Shown piece by piece: positions 10,946-19,814 of a DNA stretch of 19,814 bases (within the stretch, counting starts at the first letter, position 1; every line of letters starts with the position of its first letter). The DNA lies in contig NW_021824124.1 of the NCBI RefSeq assembly GCF_006345805.1, forward strand, positions 1 through 19,814, written 5' to 3'. Both the position numbers and the translations under genes were made by a program. The DNA is from Octopus sinensis. Its lineage: Eukaryota. The notes beneath the pieces were generated by a model, which worked only from the letters and a program-made list of their open reading frames with translations, was not told the origin of the DNA and made no database searches.

Positions 10946-11535
10946 TGAAAGATTGTTAGGGTAATTTTGTTATTATCCAGTGCGGGGGACAGAAGGGAAG
11001 CCAGGATTTTTTTTTGTCTTTTGGTTTTTCTGCAGGGATGTGAAGAATACGGAGTGGGAGGATGGGGATCATGGGGGTGGGGGGGGGAAGAATTGGTTTG
11101 GTTTTAGACTAAGAACAAAATTACCATGGTAACTGGACAAAATGTTGTAATTACTGAATGTGTGATCTCCTTTAAAATACATACCAATGAACAATGCAAC
11201 CCCCACGCACACACATATACATTGCACTCAGTAAATAACTTCAACATATATTCTTTTATTCTTTCATTCTTTTATTCTTTCATTCTTTTATTCTTTTATT
11301 CTTTTATTTGATTCAGTCATTTGATTGCAACCATGCTGGAGCACCACCTTTTAGTCGAACAAATCGACCCCAGGACTTATTCTTTGTAAGCCTAGTACTT
11401 ATTCTATCGGTCTATTTTGCTGAACTGCCAAGTTATGGGTACGTAAACACACCGACATCAGTTGTCAATTGATGGTGGGGGAACAAACACAGACACACAA
11501 GCACATATATATATATATATATGTATATAAATATA

Positions 11536-11565
<30 letters not shown>

Positions 11566-11572
<7 letters not shown>

Positions 11573-12017
11573 CAAAATAAGAAAATGGAGAAATACAGCC
11601 AAATCAAACATCCACTACCAGATAATACCCAATCGCATACTTTATTAAACCACCACATAGAAACTTTAAGGTCAAACATAATAATATAGGACAAAACAGT
11701 GTACATAAAAGAGTAATATGATACAATAAGTACAATATGTATAAGAGAATATAAATATAAATAAATATAAATATAAACTACATCTTACAGCTGTTTCGGC
11801 CATGCAGATAAGTATATATATATATAGTAAATCCAGAATAGAAGAACAAGCAAAAAAAACAACAACACGAGGATGTGGTACATGTAAGGTATTAGCAGAC
11901 ACTCAGGGAAAGAAAGAAAGATGGTTTAACGTTTTGAGCAATGCTCTTCTTCAGAAACAGAGGAAAGTCCAATCCAATAGAAAGGAAGACGGAGGAAGAA
12001 AATCACCAACGATTCAC
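11566..12017 (-). mobile_element. Two Penelope-like (pLTR-derived) fragments inside the SINE's (TA)n
   Basis: On -: hammerhead 3' half GGCCGAAACAGCTGTA at ~11786-11801 and a near-complete minimal hammerhead at 11924-11958. Confidence 0.5.
11924..11958 (-). ncRNA. Minimal type I hammerhead ribozyme motif, G12 mutated
   Basis: GUUU-CUGAAGA-A-GAGC(AUU)GCUC-AAAA-CG-UU-AAAC: stems I and II pair perfectly; the core GAAA reads AAAA. Confidence 0.6.
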
Positions 12018-12340
12018 ATATATATATATATATGCCAAAAGGCTTCTTTCAGTTTCCATCTACCAAATCCATTCATAAGGCTTTGGTTGGCCAAGGCTAT
12101 AATAGAAGACGCTTGTCCAAGGTGCCACACAATGGGACTGAACCTGGAACCATGTGGTTGGGAAGCAAGCGTCTTACCACACTGCCACTTCTGCGCCTAT
12201 ATATATATATATATACACACTCACAGACACTCATATATATACATAGATACACACACACACACACACACATTAACATGTAGATAGATATATTAGATAAACT
12301 GACTGATAGATATAGTTCTGTTAATAACTTCAACATATGT

Positions 12341-12741
12341 CCAGGTATGGTTGTGTGATCACAAACTTGTTTCCCAACCACATGGTTCAGTCCCACAACA
12401 TGTCACCTTGCGCAAGCATTTTCTACTATAGTTGTGGGCCAACCAAAACCTTGTGAGTGGATTTGGTAGATGGAAACTGGAAGAAAGAAGCCTGCGGTAT
12501 ATATATCTGTATACATCTATGAGTCTTTGAATCTGCATTTGTCACCACCACCACTTGACAACCGGTGTTGGTGTGTTTATGTTCCCATAACTTCGCAGTT
12601 CAACAAAAGTGACCTATAGAATAAGTACTAGGCTTTAAAAAATAAGTCCTGAGGTCAATTTGTTTGACTAAAACCCTTAAAGGTGGTACCTCAGCAGTGC
12701 CACAGTCAAAATGATTAAAACATGCAAAAGAAGTAAAGATA
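12341..12741 (+). mobile_element. Diverged full-length copy of the major SINE
   Basis: Collinear with the reverse complement of 12036-12198 plus 11300-11500. Confidence 0.85.
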
Positions 12742-12745
12742 CACA

Positions 12746-12887
12746 AGGGGCTTCAACACAGTTTCCACTACAAATTTCACCCACAAAGATTACAAAAAAA
12801 ATAAACCTTCCCAAGATGCTGCATAGTAGGACTGAACCTGAAGCCATGCAGTAGCAAAGTAAGCTTCATAACCACACAGCCATACCT
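12746..12887 (-). mobile_element. Degenerate 5' part of the major SINE or a relative
   Basis: CCCAAGATGCTGCATAGTAGGACTGAACCTG...AACCACACAGCCATACCT resembles 12115-12198. Confidence 0.65.
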
Positions 12888-13034
12888 TGAAATATATTCA
12901 TATATTTCGCTTTAGTTCTCTAATTTGTTTCAGCAACCCTCTGATGCTTTCTTTCCTTTCTTCTCTTCTTTGTCCTATTTCACAATTACTGTAGTCATTA
13001 AGATACTTTCACATGAATGCAATATTTCTAAGTA

Positions 13035-13052
13035 TATACACACACATATATA

Positions 13053-13084
<32 letters not shown>

Positions 13085-13800
13085 CATATATATATACATG
13101 TATATATATGTATATAAATATATACATATATATACATATATACATATATACATATATATATATATGTATGTATGCATATATATATATAAATATATATATA
13201 TACATACACATATATATTTATATATATGTATATGTTTGTATGTGTGTGTGTGTGTGTGTGAGTATATTCTACAGACAGTTGTTCACACCAAGGCAAAGGC
13301 ATGCGTGTATGTGCATGTCTCTGTGTGTATCTCTGTACACGTACACACACACACACATCCACACATCCACACACACACACATGCACGCACACACACGCAC
13401 ACATTCACACACATACAACCATCATAGAAAGTGATTGATTAAATAATTATTTTCTTCAGTTTCATTATAAGTCTATGCTGCATGGTCATTATTTTCATTG
13501 AACAATATTAGTATATTAATACACTGATAAAAACTGTTTCATACATGTGTATATGTATGTGTGTGTGTGCATGTGTGTGTGTGTACATACATAATCCTAC
13601 ATATGTATTTATATACTCATATACACACTCACACAAATATATATATGCATTATACATACACACACACACACATATATATATACATGAACATATACATATA
13701 TGTATGTGTGTATGGTTGTGGAAGTTTGTGTGTAATTTTTAAATGTGTGTGTGTATACATATGTACATGCGCATATATATACATGCACACACACACACAT
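13035..13800. repeat. Compound (TA)/(CA)/(TG)n microsatellites
   Basis: Visible in the sequence. Confidence 0.9.
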
Positions 13801-14216
13801 AAAGTCTTACATTGTGTTATATTAACAGTTTATTCTACAAAGCTTTAACATTGATTTCTGGAATTAGCACCAAATCAGAAATTTTTATAAGATGTAGATA
13901 TAGAAAGTTATGTTGATTACAGTTCATGTCTGTTTGCTTATTGTAATCATCCCTGAGGTAACCAAATGGCAATGGCAAATATAACTCAAACAGGATTTCA
14001 ACTAATCATGTAGCCCTTAACTGCTGTGCAGTATTTAGGTTTTGTTCACCTATACACAACATGTATTTTTGATTGCCAAACATGCCTGAATCATAATTTG
14101 CATCTTTAAGTTTTTAAATATCCAGTTAGTGTATATATATGTGTGTGTGTTGTGTGTGTGTGTGTGTGTGGTGTGTGTGTGTGTGTGCGTGCATGTAAGT
14201 AATATATATATATATC

Positions 14217-14247
<31 letters not shown>

Positions 14248-14289
14248 TATATATATGTGAGTGGTGTATGTGTGTACGTGTGTGCTGGT

Positions 14290-14481
14290 GTATTTTTGTG
14301 ATTATGTTTGTACCTTCCATCACTTGACCACCCATGTTAGTTAATTTATATACCTTTAACTTCACAGTTCAGCAAAAGTTACTAATACAATAAGTACCAA
14401 GCTTAAAACGAAATAAGTATTAGGGGTCGTCTTGTTCAACGAAACCCTTCAAAGGACTGCCCAAGCATGGCTGCAGTCCAA
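14290..14481 (+). mobile_element. Degenerate 3' half of the major SINE
   Basis: CACTTGACC...AATAAGTACCAAGCTT...AGCATGGCTGCAGTC is collinear with 12550-12710. Confidence 0.7.
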
Positions 14482-14530
14482 AACTAATCTTACTCAAATT
14501 CCACTCTTCTATTCTATGTAATGGTCAAAA

Positions 14531-14887
14531 TAGTGTCCTCACCTTCATTGTTATTTTCACTAGGTTTTAGCTGTTTTATTTCCCCCCCTACCTTTTTCAG
14601 GTGTCTTGTGATTTACCTTAGTGCCTTACCTGGGATTGAACTCAGTGCCCCTAGATGACTGCAATGCATTTCAATACCTTTATCCATTAAGCTTTAAAAA
14701 TTTACTCTGACGCTGTCAACAGAAATAGCATAGTGGATAAAGGCACTGCTTAATGCAGTGCAGTCATCTAGAAGTTCTGACTTCAATACCGATCAAGGCG
14801 CTAAGGTGAACCAGAAGACATCTGAAGAAGGCTGGAGTATATGCAGATGAAACATACTAAAAGCCATAATGACGAGGAGGATATAAC
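14531..14887. mobile_element. Old palindromic element: head-to-head tRNA-like head + hammerhead-like tail
   Basis: Arms ~14531-14693 and ~14726-14887 (exact CTAGATGACTGC/GCAGTCATCTAG). A-box TAGCATAGTGG; B-box GAGTTCAATCC in the left arm on -; CTGAAGA at 14822 and GAAAC at 14849. Confidence 0.7.
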
Positions 14888-15299
14888 TCCAACTAATACA
14901 TTATCTAAAAATTCTTTGTCTCAGAAATATATAGACTTTTATTATCCACCCCATTAATTTGGTAAAAACTGGCCACATTAAATACCTGAACTATAATTTC
15001 CCAGATATATAAGAAGAGAAGAATTCTTCATTGCTGGAAGAGGCCTCCTCATTCAGAGCCAAGCTGGAGCTAAATAACCACAAAGACAACAAACAAATGT
15101 TTTTGACACGGTTTTGATTATATTTTGAGGCTTTTGTGAATGACAAACAGCAGAAATGAAGCCTGAATCATTTGGTTTCACAGTAGACATTGTAACCACA
15201 TTAGCCAAACCTGTAAATATATATCACATATATATGTATATAAAAATCATATATATCTATATATATATATTAGAAGGTTTGGAGATGTTGTACAGGTAT

Positions 15300-15423
15300 T
15301 ATATATTAGAAGAAATGAGGTACTCAGAAATCCGGATGGTTTTATATTTACAGATATATTAATAAATATCTGTAAATATAAAACCATCCAGATTTCTGAG
15401 TACCTCATTTCTTCTAATATATA
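15300..15423. repeat. Near-perfect hairpin: 58-bp arms, 8-nt loop
   Basis: 15300-15357 is the reverse complement of 15366-15423 with one mismatch. Confidence 0.95.
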
Positions 15424-15841
15424 TATATATACATTTCTAGAATTTATGACCCTATACGTGACGTCCTTTGTATCTTTATATACTTATTTCTTTACATCTT
15501 TACTTTTTTTATTATATTTTATATTTATTATCATCCTTTATAATTATGTTTAAATTTATATATATATTTTTCCTTGTTTGTGATCCCAACTTCATTAAAG
15601 TTTCACCCCTTCCCCTCCTTTCCTTTTTCTCTCAACATCCAATACCTTCCCTTATATGAAGTAATCTACCCAGTATTCATTCTTTACCGAGTGAAGAAAC
15701 GGTATGGACGATTTGTTTTGGAGTCTCGCAATACCATGTACGCCTATGAGGATTTACTTTCCCAACGAAACTCGGTTTTTTTTCAAACTCTTTCTTAAAC
15801 CTGTTATAATGTGATACAAGTCTTTGGTGTGGCAATTGTAC

Positions 15842-15934
15842 GCGGCTGAAGAAGGCTTTTGATCTATCTGTTATATCAATTATGCATTGATATGAGAATA
15901 AGTTGTTCAATAAAGCCCGAAACATATGTACCGC
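15842..15934 (+). ncRNA. Type I hammerhead ribozyme motif (Penelope-type) with extended stem II
   Basis: Stem I GCGG/CCGC; CUGAAGA 15846-15852; stem II GGCUUU/AAAGCC with internal hairpin AUAUCAAU/AUUGAUAU; GAAA 15919-15922; stem III AC-AUAU-GU (palindromic); cleavage triplet GUA ending at 15930. Confidence 0.75.
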
Positions 15935-16004
15935 AAAATCCTTTGCGTCCTGTTTTTCTTTTGATACATATATATATGTATATACATATATGTATGTATG
16001 TATA

Positions 16005-16295
16005 TATGTGGCATTGAAACGTTCCTGGGTTTGGGTAAAAGAATACACAGGAGGATCAGTTTATTATGATTCTATGCAACATATTCCCCTCTCATATTCA
16101 CATACGAATTGCAGTAGTCCTTCAGTTTTTCTAAGCCTGTAAAAGAACTTGGAAGGTTGGGCCTCCAGCCAGGTCTTTCGCGATGCCCTTAAACCATGCA
16201 CTTTTGAGTGCCCCACCCACCTCGTGTGTATGAATTAAAGAGGATGCTCTTTTAATCATTGAGAGGGAGTCAAGATCTTATCCTGGTGGGTTTAT
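16005..16295 (-). mobile_element. Highly decayed mariner 3' remnant
   Basis: On -: KTWLEAQPSKFF, frameshift, TGLEKLKDYCNSYVNMRGEYVA* (stop at 16072-16074), matching the mariner C-terminal pattern W...Q...FF..GI.KL..RW.KC....G.YV; abuts (TA)n. Confidence 0.55.
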
Positions 16296-16464
16296 TTTCG
16301 TTGCAATGTGTCTTCATCAGTCAGTCGGTCAGTCTGGCAGAAACCATCTGCCTGTTAGTGACTATGACCAAAACTGGGTGTAAACAGTAACAGAAATACA
16401 ATTGCTGCAGATACCAACGTCAGAGATAGTCACTATTTACAAATACACTCATGCAAAATTGCAT

Positions 16465-16845
16465 CCACTCAGACATACATGCATTCATGAATACATATAA
16501 ATATATGATTATATATATATATACACACTTACATACTTTCATTTCATTTACACATACATACATATATATATATATATACATAAATATGTGTATGTATATA
16601 TACATACATACATATATATATATACACATATATATATAAACACACACACATATATATATATATCTGCATCTATCTATCTATCTATCTATATATATATATA
16701 TATATAAATATATATATATACATATACTATGTATACATATACATAAATACATATATATATATATATATTATATATATATATATATACATTCATACACACA
16801 CACATATACATATATTTATATATGTGTGTGTATGTGTGTATCTAA
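16465..16845. repeat. Compound (TA)/(TACA)n microsatellites
   Basis: Visible in the sequence. Confidence 0.9.
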
Positions 16846-17394
16846 ATCATACATGCAAACCATGAATACATACATAAATACACACATACATTCACATGTT
16901 CACATATGCAAACAAAGAAAAACAAAAAGAAAAGAAATCAAATCAGATAACTTTGAAATGGAATTTTTTTTTTTAAATATAGAAAAAAATAGAAAAAGAA
17001 AGAAAGGCTTTTGTTCTTTACCACAAATCCTGTACAATTAATCACTACAGCTGACTTAGATTATAGAGTTAGTTCGTTAACATTAAATATTACCCATAGT
17101 TCGTCTGCCATAGCCAGCTATTTTATTGACTGATGAGAAATCAATTAACCAATTAGTTGAGAATGGAAAAAATTTTTTCCTCTTCTTTATAATTTTTTTT
17201 TACTATTATTTTCATATTTTATATTTTTGCTCTTCATATAGATTCCACCAAAGACAGAATTTTGACCTCAATAAAGCATTCTGGTGCAGATATGGAAAAT
17301 AATAAATGCTAACAACAACAACAGTAACAACCACAATTGCTTCTGATTTAGGCACAAGGCTGGAGGTTTTAATGAGGAGGAGGTTAGAGAATGC

Positions 17395-17520
17395 CAGTGG
17401 TTCGCAACCATTTTTCACCTATGGACCCTTTTAATTCCTATTTTGCTCCACTGGACTCTCAAAGCCATTCAATGTTTTAAAAGTCCAATTATATTTATGT
17501 AATTAAATATTAACTGGAAT
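17395..17520 (+). mobile_element. Possible hAT (Charlie-like) MITE end
   Basis: Starts CAGTGGTTCGCAACC, resembling the CAGTGGTTCCCAACC hAT TIR; no partner TIR found. Confidence 0.4.
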
Positions 17521-17522
17521 TA

Positions 17523-17732
17523 AAAGGCAGAGAACTGGCATAGTTGTTAGCCAGCTGGCCAAAGTGCTTAGCCGTGTTTTATCAGTCTTTACATTCTGAA
17601 TTCAAATCCCGCAGGGGGTTGACTTTGGTTTTCATCCCTTTATAGGGTCGATGAAATAAGTACCAGTTGAGCACTGGGGCTGATGTAACAGACTTGCTCC
17701 TCTCCTGAAATTGCTGGGCTTGTGCCAAAAAT
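17523..17732 (+). mobile_element. Second tRNA-derived SINE family
   Basis: A-box-like TGGCATAGTTGTTAG; B-box-like GAATTCAAATCCC; body TTTCATCC...GGGTCGATGAAATAAGTACCAGTTGAGCACTGGGG; A-rich tail. Its 3' end recurs inverted at 17341-17360. Confidence 0.75.
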
Positions 17733-17779
17733 AAAATAAAATATTAGGAATTATATAATAAAATTGTTAAAATTTTCAC

Positions 17780-17935
17780 ATGCCTGTGTGGTAAGCAGCT
17801 TGCTTCCCAACCACATGGTTCTGGGTTCAGTCCCTCTGCATAGAACCTTGGATAAATGTCTTCCATTATAGCCTAGGTCCAACCAAAGCCATGCAAGTGG
17901 ATTTAGTAGAAAGAAACTGAAAAAGGCCCATCATA
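17780..17935 (+). mobile_element. 5' half of the major SINE (continues at 19582-19814)
   Basis: TGTGTGGTAAGCAGCTTGCTTCCCAACCACATGGTTCTGGGTTCAGTCCC...GAAACTGAAAAAGGCCC matches 12341-12497. Confidence 0.85.
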
Positions 17936-18006
17936 TATCTATCTATCTATCTATCTATCTATTTATCTGTCTATCTGTCTCTCTCTCCCTCCCCCTCTCT
18001 CTCTCC

Positions 18007-18037
<31 letters not shown>

Positions 18038-18177
18038 TACATATACATAGAGGGTGCGATGAATAAACTAGTTGTCTAAATTATGCAAAAAATGAAAATG
18101 ACACTGACATCTCATTTTAACAGATATATTTACCAAAATTACATAAAAATATCTTGAAATACTAAAGAGTAAATTTT

Positions 18178-18782
18178 TTCAATAAAATCGCCATTGGCTT
18201 CAACCATGGCCTCCAGACGACTTAAGAAACTCTTGCAATTCTTCTGATGGTCTCCTTGTTTAAGTTGGTGAATGCTGCCATAATCTTTGCCTTCAGTTCA
18301 TCATTGTTGTTACAAGGACTTTTGTTGGTCTCTCACTCAACTGTACTCCATACATAATAATCAAGAGGGTTGCAGTGTAGAGGGTTAGGTTGCCAGATGT
18401 TAGGGGTGATATGATCGCAGAAATTGTCTGACAGCCATGACTGGGTTCTCTTGCTCGTGTGGCATCGTGCAGAGTCCTGTTGCCAGGCATAGGGTCTTCC
18501 AGCACCCATTCTCTTGACCCAGGGCAACCCTACTTCCACCAGGCACTTAATGTAGGCCTTTGTGTTGAGTCTGAGGCCATGTGGAAAGATGAATGGAGGC
18601 ATAACCTCACCATCATGTAGACTGGGTACCTGTTCGAATTGGTACATGTGCATATTGGTACATGTTCATATTGGTACATGTTCATATTGAAGCTTCTGGT
18701 ATTTTGTATTGGAGCTTCTGGTGCAAATGCCAAGCAGTACAGCATGTCATTTCCAAATATTTGGCAGAGTGAATGGCATCAT
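18178..18782 (-). pseudogene. DD37D transposase pseudogene
   Basis: ORF 18333-18653 contains WQQDSARCH...WQPNPLHCNPLDYYVW with exactly 37 residues between the two Asp. C-terminal LEAMVEANGDFIE near 18180-18220; putative N-terminus MMPFTLPNIWK*HAVLLGI near 18725-18782; stops and a large deletion are present. Confidence 0.88.
18639..18690. repeat. Three 16-bp tandem repeats at the transposase deletion junction
   Basis: TTGGTACATGT(G/T)CATA x3. Confidence 0.85.
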
Positions 18783-18953
18783 GAAGCTATTTTACTCACA
18801 GATGGTGCCCAACTGACCCTACTATACTGTGTAGCCAACAAAATCAAAAACAAACAATGCACATACAGTTCTATATTTAAGAGATGAGGAATTATGCACA
18901 TTATTTACATTATTTACATTTAATGGATATTTGTCCTCATCTTGTTTGTTGTT

Positions 18954-18999
18954 AACACAACGTTTCAGCTGATATTCCCTCCAGCTTTCTTCAGGTGTC
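18954..18999 (-). ncRNA. Minimal type I hammerhead ribozyme motif (left arm)
   Basis: GACAC-CUGAAGA-A-AGCUG(10-nt loop)CAGCU-GAAA-CG-UU-GUGUU: complete core, stems I and II pair, palindromic AACGUU at stem III. Confidence 0.7.
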
Positions 19000-19135
19000 T
19001 TGGTGAAATTTCAAACCTTGGTTCTCATTCCTAAGGTACTTTTCGATGTTGTTGTTGTTGCTGTTGTGCTTCTTCTTCTTCTTCTTCTTCTTCTTCTTCT
19101 TCTTCTTCTTCTTCTTCTTCTTCTTCTTCTTCTCC

Positions 19136-19181
<46 letters not shown>

Positions 19182-19227
19182 CATTATTTTTGTTGTTGTT
19201 GTTGTTGTTGTTGTTGTTCAGGTCACA

Positions 19228-19299
19228 ATATGGTGTAGTGGTTAAGAGCACGGGCTACTAGCCCCAAGATTCCAAGTTCGATTCCAGGCAGTGACCTGA
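19228..19299 (+). ncRNA. tRNA-derived Pol III head (not a functional tRNA)
   Basis: A-box TGGTGTAGTGG 19231-19241; anticodon-like hairpin GGGCT-ACT-AGCCC; B-box AGTTCGATTCC 19275-19285. Confidence 0.75.
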
Positions 19300-19311
19300 A
19301 TAATAATAATG

Positions 19312-19377
<66 letters not shown>

Positions 19378-19424
19378 TCGAAAAATACCTTAGGAATGAG
19401 AACCCAGATTCGAAATTTCCCCGA

Positions 19425-19470
19425 GACACCTGATGAAGGCTGGAGGGTCTATCAACTGAAATGTTGTGTT
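19425..19470 (+). ncRNA. Minimal type I hammerhead ribozyme motif (right arm, partly decayed)
   Basis: GACAC-CUGAUGA-A-GGCUG...CAACU-GAAA-UG-UU-GUGUU. Confidence 0.6.
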
Positions 19471-19581
19471 AACAACAAACATGATGAGGACAAATATCCA
19501 TCGAATGTAAATAATGTAAACAATGCACATGCGCAAAATTAAAAATATAAAATGGCAACAATTTACGCATCGTACCCTGTA

Positions 19582-19814
19582 TATATGTGTGTTTGTGTGT
19601 GTGTGCGTGTGTTTGTACCACTTGTACCACTTGACAACTGATGTTGGTGTGTTTACATCCCCATAACTTAGCAATTTGGTGAAAGAACCAACAGAAAAGT
19701 ACCAGGCTTACCAAAAACAAAAATAAATTTGTAGTGGGATCGATTCATTTGACTAAAAGTTTTTCAATGCAATGCCCCAGCCTGGCCACCAGTCTAATGA
19801 TTGAAGCAAGTAAA
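19582..19814 (+). mobile_element. 3' half of the major SINE
   Basis: CCACTTGACAACTGATGTTGGTGTGTTTAC...AAGTACCAGGCTT...TGATTGAAGCAAGTAAA is collinear with 12550-12730. Confidence 0.85.

Larger units (their letters stand above)
11250..12198 (-). mobile_element. Full-length major tRNA-derived SINE interrupted in its internal (TA)n
   Basis: Head 12036-12198 (on -: AGGCGCAGAAGTGGCAGTGTGGTAAG A-box, GGTTCAGTCCC B-box); 3' half 11300-11505; tail (TTCTTTTA)n 11250-11308. Confidence 0.88.
18865..19517. mobile_element. Palindromic tRNA-head/hammerhead element inserted in the maT transposon
   Basis: Arms ~18903-19048 and 19374-19517 are reverse complements; inner microsatellites; tRNA-like head 19228-19299; flanked by AAACAATGCACAT (18852-18864, 19518-19530). 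Confidence 0.85.
18050..19579 (-). mobile_element. Internally deleted maT (DD37D) Tc1/mariner-superfamily transposon with both TIRs
   Basis: TIRs GAGGGTGCGATGAATAAACT (18050) and AATTTACGCATCGTACCCTG (ends 19579), each flanked by TA; carries a transposase remnant. Confidence 0.85.

Noticed and set aside
16294-16320. CTGATGA...GAAA on the minus strand
   Set aside because: No stem II or stem I pairing; likely chance.
18639-18690. CRISPR-like array
   Set aside because: Contiguous 16-bp repeats without spacers, in a eukaryotic TE context.
19218-19299. Functional tRNA gene with a GGTCAC/GTGACC acceptor stem
   Set aside because: Spacing to the A-box is off by ~3 nt, and the 5' strand is better explained as the remnant of the inverted left unit.

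Overview
Repeat-saturated, AT-rich eukaryotic non-coding DNA with no credible intact protein-coding gene; nearly all long ORFs in the track are microsatellite artefacts. The microsatellite density and the SINE families look like an octopus (coleoid cephalopod) genome; this is inferred from recalled repeat sequences, not from a search. The window contains several copies of tRNA-derived SINEs, four decayed Tc1/mariner-superfamily transposons (one a DD37D maT element with both TIRs), 3' ends of non-LTR elements lodged in specific microsatellites, and several fold-back elements. The most interesting signal is a set of minimal Penelope-type type I hammerhead ribozyme motifs (15842-15934 +, 18954-18999 -, 19425-19470 +, 11924-11958 -, 14817-14857 +). 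Two are in palindromic elements built from head-to-head [tRNA-like Pol III head + hammerhead tail] units (14531-14887, 18865-19517). The second sits, with a 13-bp duplication, inside the maT transposon, which itself sits inside a SINE.
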